Below are positions 29,130 to 37,775 of a DNA stretch of 64,000 nt, in pieces (position 1 is the stretch's first letter; each line of letters opens with the position of its first letter). The notes beneath the pieces are model-generated. The model was not told where the DNA came from and ran no database searches. It saw only the letters and a list, made by a program, of their open reading frames with translations. The translations under genes and the position numbers were made by a program. The stretch comes from an uncultured Gammaproteobacteria bacterium (GTDB lineage Bacteria; Patescibacteriota; Patescibacteriia; UBA11705; JABHMO01): the NCBI GenBank assembly GCA_964486065.1, contig CAZAKN010000001.1, positions 16,657 to 80,656 on the forward strand. Direction: 5' to 3'.

Positions 29130-30671
29130 ATGGATAATTTAAATTTTGCCAATATCCGCGTGCGTATCGCGCCAAGTCCCACGGGTTTCGTGCATATCGG
29201 TAATTTAAGAACAATTTTGTATAATTATTTATTTACCAAAAGATATGACGGTAAATTTATCGTCAGAATAGAGGATACCGATCAATCCAGAAAAGTTGAC
29301 GGAGCCATGGAAGATCTTTTGCAAACGATCGCTTGGGCGGGCATTGAGACTGATGAAGGACCGTTTATCAAGGCAAAAGGAAAAATTGAGCAAAAAGGAG
29401 GAAACGGACCGTATATTCAATCAGAGAGATTGGATATTTATAAAAATCAAATTCAGGATTTATTGGACAAAAATAAAGCATATTATTGTTTTTGCGATAA
29501 AGAAAGGTTGCAAGCCCTGCGCGAGCAACAAAAAGAACAAAAACAACCCCCAAAATACGATAATTTTTGTCGTGACTTGAATCGTGAAGAAGTGGAATCC
29601 ATGCTTAAATCCGGCGCGCCGTATGTGATTCGTTTTAAAATGCCGGAAAACAAAGAAATTGTTTTTCAAGATGAAGTCTGGGGAACCGTAAAAATGAATA
29701 CCGCGGATATGGATGATTTTGTTTTAATGAAATCAGATGGTTTTCCGACATATCATTTCGCCAGCGTGGTGGATGATCATTTCATGAAAATAACTCATGT
29801 CATGCGAGGCGAAGAATGGATACCCAGCACGCCGAAACATTTTTTGCTTTACGAAGCATTCGGCTGGCAACCGCCTAAATTCGCACATTTACCTGCGCTT
29901 TTAAACAAACAAAAAAAGAAGCTGAGCAAACGAGATGGCGAAACTTCGGTTAAAGATTTCGTGGAAAGCGGATACTTGAAAGACGCTTTGTTGAATTTTA
30001 TCGCTCTACTTGGCTGGAACGCGGGGACAGATCAAGAAATCTATACTTTAAATGAGCTGACCAAGCAATTCAGTTTGGATAATGTTCACAAATCCGGAGC
30101 GGTTTTTGATATGGATAAATTGGATTGGATCAATGGCGTATATTTACGCAAACTTTCTGCGGACGAATTTTATGAAAAATGTTTACCATTTTTAATCAAC
30201 GCGGATCTGATAAGCGAAAACGAAAGCAAATTGATTATCAAGGACACCGGACAAGAAATCAAACAAAAAAACTTGAAAAATATTTTAAAACTAGAGCAAG
30301 AAAGAGTTAAAAAATTAGGAGAAATAAGTGAAGCGGTGGAGTATTTTTTCAAAAAACGAGTGGAACTTGAAGCTGAGAAAATCGTTTGGAAAAAATCCAA
30401 TAGGGAAGATACATTGGATCATTTAAAAAAACTGGAAGCGTTACTGAATGAAATTAATGAAGATGATTTCAAAGAAAAGATTTTAGAACAAAAAATTACC
30501 GAACTTATGGAGAAAAATAATATCGGCACGGGCGACATGCTTTGGCCGATGCGATACGCTTTGACCGGAAGAGATAAGTCGCCCGGACCGTTTGAAGTTG
30601 CCACGGCCATGGGCAAGGATTTGGCTTTATTGAGAATCAATTCAGCCATCGCGGAACTGCTCAGCAAATAA
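29130..30671 (+). CDS. gltX: Glutamate--tRNA ligase
   Basis: APSPTGFVHIGN, RIEDTD, KLSKR. Confidence 0.97.
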   Translation: MDNLNFANIRVRIAPSPTGFVHIGNLRTILYNYLFTKRYDGKFIVRIEDTDQSRKVDGAMEDLLQTIAWAGIETDEGPFIKAKGKIEQKGGNGPYIQSERLDIYKNQIQDLLDKNKAYYCFCDKERLQALREQQKEQKQPPKYDNFCRDLNREEVESMLKSGAPYVIRFKMPENKEIVFQDEVWGTVKMNTADMDDFVLMKSDGFPTYHFASVVDDHFMKITHVMRGEEWIPSTPKHFLLYEAFGWQPPKFAHLPALLNKQKKKLSKRDGETSVKDFVESGYLKDALLNFIALLGWNAGTDQEIYTLNELTKQFSLDNVHKSGAVFDMDKLDWINGVYLRKLSADEFYEKCLPFLINADLISENESKLIIKDTGQEIKQKNLKNILKLEQERVKKLGEISEAVEYFFKKRVELEAEKIVWKKSNREDTLDHLKKLEALLNEINEDDFKEKILEQKITELMEKNNIGTGDMLWPMRYALTGRDKSPGPFEVATAMGKDLALLRINSAIAELLSK

Positions 30672-30683
30672 AATCAAGCTACT

Positions 30684-30709
30684 AAAAAAGAGTTCACGGA
30701 CTCTTTTTT
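30684..30709 (+). terminator. Intrinsic terminator
   Basis: AAAAAAGAGT-TCACGG-ACTCTTTTTT. Confidence 0.7.
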
Positions 30710-30763
30710 GTTTGCTTTTAAATATGTTATAATACTCTTGTAAATCAGCTAATTTGTAATTTT

Positions 30764-31966
30764 ATGAAACATTTCAAATATATTTGTTTTTTAATGATTT
30801 TCAGCTTGACGCTGGGTATTGCTCCGAATTTCGGCTTGGCGGATGAAATTGATGAAATAAATGAAGATATTGCCGCCAAAAAACAAGAATTGCAACAAAT
30901 TCAAGATCGTATCGCGGAATATCAAGTGGCCATTGACTCCAAAAGGAATGAAGTGGCCAGCTTGCAAAAAGATTTGGATATTTTAGAAAATGAAATAGCC
31001 AAGGCCGAATTGGCGATCAAAGCCACCAAAGTGGAAATTACGGAAAACCAATTGGAAACCAGGAATTTAGAAATCGCCATCTTGCATCGCGAGGATGAAA
31101 TTGAAAAGCAAAAAGGCAATATGAAAGATTTGATTTTGGAAATGTATAAAAAAGATTCAGCCAATGAATTGCAGATTTTATTGATGAACGATAGTATTTC
31201 CGAATATTTCAATGAACTTGAATACACCAAGAAATTAGAAAATAGCGTATTTAATACTTTAAAAAACATTCAAGACAAAAAAAACGAGCTGGAAGAATCA
31301 AAAAGTGAACTGGAAGATAAAAGAGACCAATTACTGGCTTTGCAAAAGGATTTGGAAATCAAGGAACAAGAATTAAAAGGTGAAGTTGATTATAAAAATA
31401 TTTTGATTACCGAAACACAAAATTCCGAAGCAAAATACACGGAATTATATTGGAAAGCGCAACAAGAACAACAATCGGCCAATAATGAAATCATCGCTTT
31501 GGAAAGAGAAGCACGACGCCGATTGGAACAAGCCAAAGGAGATCGGCCCGAATTAACCGATGCCGCGCTCAGTTGGCCGGTACCGAAAAATACCATCACC
31601 GCGACCTTTCACGATCCCACATATCCGTTCCGGCATTTGTTTGAACATCCCGGCATTGATGTCCGAGCGGGGCAGGGGACACAGATCAAAGCTCCGGCTG
31701 ATGGCTATATTATAAAAGCGAAAAACAATGGCATGGGTTACAGTTATTTATCCATTCTGCACGCCAACGGAATTTCCACGGTTTACGGTCATGTCAGCAA
31801 ATTCTATGTTAGTAATGATGAATATGTAAAAAGGGGAGAAGTGGTGGCTTTGACCGGCGGTATGCCGGGAACACCGGGAGCGGGTAACCTTTCCACCGGA
31901 CCGCATTTGCATTTTGAAGTTCGCTTGAACGGTATTCCGGTTAATCCTTTGGATTATTTACCCTAA
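30764..31966 (+). CDS. Coiled-coil + M23 peptidase (EnvC/murein endopeptidase-like)
   Basis: Signal peptide, long coiled coil, HPGID, YGH, STGPHLHFEVR. Confidence 0.85.
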   Translation: MKHFKYICFLMIFSLTLGIAPNFGLADEIDEINEDIAAKKQELQQIQDRIAEYQVAIDSKRNEVASLQKDLDILENEIAKAELAIKATKVEITENQLETRNLEIAILHREDEIEKQKGNMKDLILEMYKKDSANELQILLMNDSISEYFNELEYTKKLENSVFNTLKNIQDKKNELEESKSELEDKRDQLLALQKDLEIKEQELKGEVDYKNILITETQNSEAKYTELYWKAQQEQQSANNEIIALEREARRRLEQAKGDRPELTDAALSWPVPKNTITATFHDPTYPFRHLFEHPGIDVRAGQGTQIKAPADGYIIKAKNNGMGYSYLSILHANGISTVYGHVSKFYVSNDEYVKRGEVVALTGGMPGTPGAGNLSTGPHLHFEVRLNGIPVNPLDYLP

Positions 31967-31987
31967 TTATTTTACATTCAATATTTC

Positions 31988-32020
31988 AACGACCATACTT
32001 GAAAGTATGGTCGTTTATTT
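31988..32020 (+). terminator. Intrinsic terminator
   Basis: AACGACCATACTT-GA-AAGTATGGTCGTT then TATTT. Confidence 0.7.
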
Positions 32021-32026
32021 CAAAAT

Positions 32027-32422
32027 ATGAATCAAGAAGAGTTAAACAGACACGCTCAACTGGTGGAACTGATGTTCTTCAGAGTTCTTGAAATTTTAAA
32101 AATCAAAAATGTTCACTTACGCATTATGCGAAGACAGGGGAGTAAAAGCAATGAGAATTATACGCTAGGTTACATTGATTTACGAAAAAGAATTATTTGT
32201 TTGGATATTATTACGCCGAAAACTTTAAAACCGAAAAGTCTGAACGGATTGATCCGGACTTTGGCTCACGAAATAGCGCATTTACAAAAACCACCTTATC
32301 GGGAAAGATATAAAAGACGCTGGATCACCAGACAGCATTATCCGGAATTTTACAAACAAGTGGAGAAAAATATTACTAAAATAAAAAAAGACCCGATACT
32401 TGGGTTACATTTCAGGAATTGA
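32027..32422 (+). CDS. Small basic zincin metalloprotease (WLM/SprT/YgjP-like)
   Basis: TLAHEIAHL followed by HYPEFY; strongly basic. Confidence 0.6.
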   Translation: MNQEELNRHAQLVELMFFRVLEILKIKNVHLRIMRRQGSKSNENYTLGYIDLRKRIICLDIITPKTLKPKSLNGLIRTLAHEIAHLQKPPYRERYKRRWITRQHYPEFYKQVEKNITKIKKDPILGLHFRN

Positions 32423-32481
32423 CAAGTTTATTATAATGTTTTAATATCAGAAATCGTTTCGTTCATTCCCAAGGAGTCATC

Positions 32482-32964
32482 ATGCTAATCAAAATCATTC
32501 CTTTATGTCTCGGTATCGGACTGGGATTGCTTATCTTTCATTTGCTGAAAATCACCTTTATTGAATCATATGTTTGGAAAGCACGCAGAGAGTTGAAAAA
32601 ACTCCGCGAACAAAAGCCTCAGACTTTGGAAGACATTGAGAACTTTTTTCAAGATATAAAGATACGCATGAGTAGTCATTTTCGCAAATTCGCCATTACG
32701 ATATTATTACTGATGACGGTGACCGCGATTATATTCAAAATCATCGGCATCAGCCCTGAAAATCATCCTGAAATGATTGACTCTTTCTTTTTCTCGCTGT
32801 GTTTGCTCACGAGCGTAGAAATTATTTTCAGCGTCATCAATCATTTAATCGTGGAAAAGTGGCGAGAAGTATTGGCTAAAAAACAATCAACCAATGTTGA
32901 TTACATGATCCTTATGTTGCAATATTCATTGCCACACAAAAGGAAAAAACAAACGGACGCTTAA
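32482..32964 (+). CDS. Orphan 3-TM membrane protein (SD-led cassette)
   Basis: AAGGAG-5nt-ATG; TTGACA-17-TAATAT at 32419-32447; terminator AAACGGACGC-TTAA-GCGTCCGTTTTT at 32951-32976. Confidence 0.65.
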   Translation: MLIKIIPLCLGIGLGLLIFHLLKITFIESYVWKARRELKKLREQKPQTLEDIENFFQDIKIRMSSHFRKFAITILLLMTVTAIIFKIIGISPENHPEMIDSFFFSLCLLTSVEIIFSVINHLIVEKWREVLAKKQSTNVDYMILMLQYSLPHKRKKQTDA

Positions 32965-32975
32965 GCGTCCGTTTT

Positions 32976-33944
32976 TCAATCTTTAATATTCTTGCCACCA
33001 TGATATTTCAAATATGTATCTCGCAAATCTTTATTTGTAACATGAGTATATATTTGAGTAGTGATAATATTTCGGTGTCCGAGAAATTCTTGAATCATTC
33101 TTAAATCAACTCCTTGACTAAGCAAATCCGTGGCATATGAATGTCGCAAAGTGTGAGGAGATGTGGCAATATCCAAACCGGCTATTTTGACATATTTTTT
33201 TACAATATTTTCAATGGATCTTGTGGTTAAACGACGAGTTGGCTTTTTTTCAGCGCCTTTAATGAAATTTACGAATAATGCTTTATCCATAATATGCCTG
33301 CGTGATTGTATATATTTGTTTATCCAAAATAAACATCTTTCGGAAAAAAATATGACTCGCGGTTTATTACCTTTGCCTTTAATGGTCAATTCCAAATATT
33401 TTTGATTGTCTTTAAGTGGAAATTGTTCAAGATTCAGTTGCACCAGTTCTGAAACCCTAAGACCGGTTGAAAAAAGTGTTTCCAAAATGGCGCGATCACG
33501 CAAACCGCCTTGCTCTTTAACATTTGGCGCCAAAATTAATTTTTCAATTTGTTCAAGTTTTAAAAAATGAACGGTTTTTTCTTTTGATTGTTTGGCCAAT
33601 TTGATTTTTTCACTCGGTAGGGAAGTTATATCCTTATCCGCGAAATAATTGAGCAAAGCTCGTAAAGCGATCAAATAATAGTTTTGCGTGCTTTTTTTCA
33701 ATGGTTGGTTGGATTTTTCAGAAGTCGTATTCCGAGATAAAAAAACTCTGTATTTCCAGATATGATCCGCGGTCAATTCATGGGGGAGAAGATTTCGCAA
33801 ATTTTGGTTTTTTAACCATTCGGCAAAACGATTTAAAAATCTGGAATAATTTTCTTGGGTTTTATTTGATAAACCTTTTTCAATTTCCAAATAATCAAGA
33901 AAATTCGGAATGTGTTTAATTATCGGCAGGGTAGAGTTTTGCAT
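32976..33944 (-). CDS. xerC: Xer-family tyrosine recombinase
   Basis: SAM-like N-domain; catalytic R (GLRVSE), K (KGKG), HTLRH, LGH and Y (TQIY). XerC versus XerD versus a single-Xer type is not resolvable by eye. Confidence 0.85.
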   Translation of the reverse strand: MQNSTLPIIKHIPNFLDYLEIEKGLSNKTQENYSRFLNRFAEWLKNQNLRNLLPHELTADHIWKYRVFLSRNTTSEKSNQPLKKSTQNYYLIALRALLNYFADKDITSLPSEKIKLAKQSKEKTVHFLKLEQIEKLILAPNVKEQGGLRDRAILETLFSTGLRVSELVQLNLEQFPLKDNQKYLELTIKGKGNKPRVIFFSERCLFWINKYIQSRRHIMDKALFVNFIKGAEKKPTRRLTTRSIENIVKKYVKIAGLDIATSPHTLRHSYATDLLSQGVDLRMIQEFLGHRNIITTQIYTHVTNKDLRDTYLKYHGGKNIKD

Positions 33945-33964
33945 ATTTATTCGGTTAATATCTA

Positions 33965-33992
33965 ACTTCGCATAATATTGATTAAGAGAAGT
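33965..33992. other. dif: dif-like recombination site
   Basis: ACTTCGCATAA-TATTGA-TTAAGAGAAGT: 11-6-11 near-palindrome resembling known dif arms, 20 nt upstream of the xer start. Confidence 0.75.
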
Positions 33993-34459
33993 AATCTATA
34001 CTTATTATAACCATTAAAACATATATATCAACCCATATATCCACAAATTGTCTGTTCAACTGTCAATCTCCCTTCAAACATACCGCTTATTACACATGTT
34101 TCATGAAAAGTTTTTGTTTTTTGAGTGTTATACCATTCGGCTAAAAAACCCTCGCTTACAACGCAATTTTGAGCCTCATTTTTTAGCTAAATTTGAAGTA
34201 ATATTGCACCCAGTTCAAACACATTGAAATATACATATTACATGATCTTTAACAGCTGAATTTCGGATTATTTTGAATGATAATATATGTGAAATATAAT
34301 TAATTTTCATATAGATATATACAAAAGATAAATATATTGGAAAAACGAAATTTATGAATAAATGCAAAATATATAATAAATAGTCATTTATATAACACGA
34401 AATATTGCCGCACTACTCCGACAAGCAAAAAACAACACATTGTGTCGTAAAATATCAAA

Positions 34460-34491
34460 AGAGGATAATTGTGGATAATAAGTTATCCACA
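34460..34491. promoter_or_regulatory. DnaA-box cluster
   Basis: Perfect TGTGGATAA (34470-34478) and TTATCCACA (34483-34491) in inverted orientation, plus degenerate AGAGGATAA (34460-34468). Confidence 0.65.
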
Positions 34492-34625
34492 GCTATTAAA
34501 GCAATTTCAAAACTACGAATTCATTTCATTACAAACATTTAATTTCATGGTAATGTTTATCAACCTTTTTCGCCTCCCCCACTCCAATTAAAAAAGGTGC
34601 CGTTATTACGACACCCTGTTTGAAA

Positions 34626-35003
34626 TTAGTTTTCGGGAAAATGCTTTCTGATTTCCCGTTCATTTTTTTCCGCCAGAGTTTCTTCCCGTTGTTCTGAAGC
34701 AACATTCTCGGAGCTTGAAGTTTGCTCCCCTGCTTCGCGAGCCTTTTTTCTCTCATCGGATCTTTCTTTCACCTTATCCGCTTGCTTGATTTTTTCCATT
34801 TTGGCCGCGTCTTGTTCTTCTCTGTCCTTGGTGGCTTTTTTTTGTACCTCCTCTTTAGCCGCGTCCAGCATCTCACCCAAATAAACGAAAAGTTCATGGG
34901 CAAAATATAGACCGATGAAGACCAGTGCCCAAGCAAAAAGAAAGGACACGACATTATCCAACGGTGAAGACAAGGCATTGCCCAGTGCGATGAACCAGTT
35001 CAT
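34626..35003 (-). CDS. Orphan TM + charged coiled-coil protein (SD-led)
   Basis: AAGGAGGT-6nt-ATG at 35003; terminator hairpin 34590-34616. Confidence 0.65.
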   Translation of the reverse strand: MNWFIALGNALSSPLDNVVSFLFAWALVFIGLYFAHELFVYLGEMLDAAKEEVQKKATKDREEQDAAKMEKIKQADKVKERSDERKKAREAGEQTSSSENVASEQREETLAEKNEREIRKHFPEN

Positions 35004-35005
35004 TA

Positions 35006-35536
35006 TCAAACCTCCTTATGGGTTTTTGAGAAAGAATCCGATAATTCTTTCAGTCGTTGTTCCACTTCCCTGATCTCACGATTCAGATTGGCTGATTGTA
35101 TTTCCAACTTTCGCAAAGCGGATTGGCTCTCGGTATTGATGGAGGCAATCTTGGCTTTGGCGGTCAATTCAATTTTGAGCTTTTCAATAGCCAACTCTTG
35201 TCGCTTAACCGACAGTTCATTCAAGGATCCCATCAATCTACCGACTTTATCCTCACTTGTTTGGAAAAATCTGCCCCGAAAGGATTTGTTCTCCGGTTCT
35301 TTTTGCGCTGTATAAACATTTTGAGCGACCGTGCGGATTTCATCCCCAGCTTTGGTCAATGTTTTTTTCAGCTTATTACTTCCGTGCTTGAAGCTTGTTT
35401 CAAGACCGGAAATAAAACTCGCCAGCGCGGCCATCAATAAAACCATGATCAACACAAGACCGATTATTATCGGCCATTTTTCTTGTTGCGGAGAATTTAG
35501 GATTTCCCCCACGGTTTGCAAAATGTTTTCAAGCAT
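35006..35536 (-). CDS. Orphan TM + coiled-coil protein (SD-led)
   Basis: GAGGT-6nt-ATG; TTGACT-18-TAAATT promoter (35611-35582). Confidence 0.65.
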   Translation of the reverse strand: MLENILQTVGEILNSPQQEKWPIIIGLVLIMVLLMAALASFISGLETSFKHGSNKLKKTLTKAGDEIRTVAQNVYTAQKEPENKSFRGRFFQTSEDKVGRLMGSLNELSVKRQELAIEKLKIELTAKAKIASINTESQSALRKLEIQSANLNREIREVEQRLKELSDSFSKTHKEV

Positions 35537-35654
35537 TATATTACCTCGCTTGTTGCGGATTTTTTAAATGTACGATAGTTAAATTTAGCACAATTCCCCA
35601 CTTTTAGTCAATATTAAAACCGCCCCGGCATGAGCTGGGACGGTTTGCTTCAAT

Positions 35655-35714
35655 TTAAGCGACAAAACCGTAAAATATTACGATTAAGCCTACGACAATC
35701 AAGGTTTCAGCCAT
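35655..35714 (-). CDS. 19-aa hydrophobic peptide MAETLIVVGLIVIFYGFVA (not in ORF track)
   Basis: AAAGGAGGT-AGTC-ATG; TTGACA-17-TAATAT promoter (35797-35769); downstream hairpin plus T-run at 35617-35646. Confidence 0.65.
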   Translation of the reverse strand: MAETLIVVGLIVIFYGFVA

Positions 35715-35800
35715 GACTACCTCCTTTCTGTTTTCTGTAAAAACTAAAAAATGTGCAATTAACTGCACATATTAACACAAAATAAATATTTTGTCAATCC

Positions 35801-36625
35801 CTACTTGTAATTCACTTTTTCACCGAATCTCAAATCTATATATTTCAAGAAGGCTAAATTTTCTTGAATATCCGGTTGACGGGTCAAAATCATCAATCTG
35901 GCCATCTGCGCTTCTATTGAATCCGTTAAATCAAATCTGAGTTCAGGACCGGTCGCAACAAAAACCGTTATTGAAGGCTGCAAAAGTTCATATTGCAAAA
36001 TGTCTCCGAATTGCTCGGAGCCGGACAAAAATTCATGAAGAGTAAAAATTTTTCTCAAATCTTGTTTGTTGATCGCTGTTTTACCGAGCGCCAATTGCTT
36101 ATTTTTCAAATCCTTTATTTGAATATCTTTACCACTGTCGGGCTGACAATACTCCACGGCTAACCCCGTGGGATCAAGCGAAAAACAAATATTATTGGTC
36201 AACCAATTTAAACTAGAAGGTTTTTCTCTCAAACTAATTATCACTTCATTACGAAACTTTTTTTCCACTCGCAAATCATCCAACCAATATTCATTCAAAA
36301 TTCTATCTCTAACTTCTCCACTATCAAAATTCCAATAATTATTTTTGGAGAAAATAAGCCACTTGTTTTTATAACGATAATTATCAACGATTTGCATAAT
36401 ACTGTCGCGACTGATTCTTTCCAATCCGTTTACTTGAATGTTTTTAATTTTAAAAAACGGTGAAAAATACAAAACATACCCCAGCAATATCAATAAAACC
36501 AAAGACGCAATGAGCAAATACTTTTGTTTCACTTTGTATTTTCTCTTTTTATCCTTGGCTTTGATGGGATTGGAATAATCGTTTACCGCAAAATCTTTTT
36601 TGTATTTAACGCTGATTTGCGCCAT
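35801..36625 (-). CDS. ftsQ: Cell division protein FtsQ/DivIB
   Basis: TM, YFSPFFKIKNIQVNG POTRA start, C-terminal YIDLRFG. Confidence 0.8.
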   Translation of the reverse strand: MAQISVKYKKDFAVNDYSNPIKAKDKKRKYKVKQKYLLIASLVLLILLGYVLYFSPFFKIKNIQVNGLERISRDSIMQIVDNYRYKNKWLIFSKNNYWNFDSGEVRDRILNEYWLDDLRVEKKFRNEVIISLREKPSSLNWLTNNICFSLDPTGLAVEYCQPDSGKDIQIKDLKNKQLALGKTAINKQDLRKIFTLHEFLSGSEQFGDILQYELLQPSITVFVATGPELRFDLTDSIEAQMARLMILTRQPDIQENLAFLKYIDLRFGEKVNYK

Positions 36626-36627
36626 AG

Positions 36628-37773
36628 TTATACGATAAATCTTGGAATTTGAGGATTGATTCTGGTGGTCACTTCGTAATTGATGGTATTGATTTTCTTA
36701 GCCACTTCTTCCGTGGAAATAAATTCATTTTCTTGTTGCCCGATAATAACCACTTCATCTTCCAATTCAACATTAGGTAAATGTTCCACATCAATAACCG
36801 TCATATTCATGCAAACTCTGCCGAGAACTTTACACCTTTTGCCATGAACTAAAACATTGCCCACGCTGGATAAACCCCGATCAAATCCATCATAATAACC
36901 GATCGGCAAAATCGCCGTTTTGGTGTCTTTGTTTATAACTTCTGTGCAACCGTAACTTATCGCCGTTCCGGCCGGCAGTTTTTTTATATGAGCAATTTTG
37001 GTTTTCCAGGTTAAAGCCGGTTTTAAATTCAATTTAACATTTTTTTGTTTGGCGCTGACTTGCGTCTCGCCGGAACTCCACATGCCGTATAAACTGATGC
37101 CCAATCTAACCATGTCCAAATGCGTTTCCGGATATGCCACGATGGCCGCGCTACAAGCCGTATGTTTAACAAAGGAAGAAAAACCGGATTCATTCGCGTA
37201 TTTCACCGCTTGATTGTAAATCGCGAACTGACCATCAGCATAAGTCCGATCCGTGGTATCTTCAATATTGGCGAAATGAGTACTCACTCCGGCCAAGATC
37301 AAATGGTTGTTATTTTTTATTAGTTCAAAAAACTTCGGTAATTTATGCAACAAAATTCCTTGACGAGATGTTCCGGTTTCAACTTTTAAATGAACTTTAA
37401 CGGGACGATCAAATTTACGGGTCAGTTCATCAAGTTTCATCAAAGTACGATAATTCGCCACCACTTGGTTTAAATCAAATTTCAAAAGTTCCGGCAATCT
37501 TGACTCCAAAGTATAGCCTAAAACCAAAATCGGTTTATTGACGCCGGATTTGCGAAGTTCCAAAGCTTCATCAATCGCGTCCACGCCGATCCAATCAACC
37601 TGCGATTCAATAATTTCCGCCATTTCCGGCAATCCATGTCCGTAAGCATTGGATTTAATCACCCCCATCAATTTAACTTTCGGACCGATGTGCTGGTGAA
37701 ATTCCAGAATATTATGCAGAATATTCTGCCGACTTATCTCTACCCATGTTTTATAATCACCGGGATTTTTCAT
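36628..37773 (-). CDS. alr: Alanine racemase
   Basis: VIKSNAYGHG, HLKVETG, RLGISLYG, GRVCMN, TINYE. Confidence 0.95.
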   Translation of the reverse strand: MKNPGDYKTWVEISRQNILHNILEFHQHIGPKVKLMGVIKSNAYGHGLPEMAEIIESQVDWIGVDAIDEALELRKSGVNKPILVLGYTLESRLPELLKFDLNQVVANYRTLMKLDELTRKFDRPVKVHLKVETGTSRQGILLHKLPKFFELIKNNNHLILAGVSTHFANIEDTTDRTYADGQFAIYNQAVKYANESGFSSFVKHTACSAAIVAYPETHLDMVRLGISLYGMWSSGETQVSAKQKNVKLNLKPALTWKTKIAHIKKLPAGTAISYGCTEVINKDTKTAILPIGYYDGFDRGLSSVGNVLVHGKRCKVLGRVCMNMTVIDVEHLPNVELEDEVVIIGQQENEFISTEEVAKKINTINYEVTTRINPQIPRFIV

Positions 37774-37775
37774 AA

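Noticed and set aside
32976-35800. Prophage or integron driven by the tyrosine recombinase
   Set aside because: Protein looks like chromosomal Xer with adjacent dif; no phage genes, attC arrays or direct-repeat att pair seen
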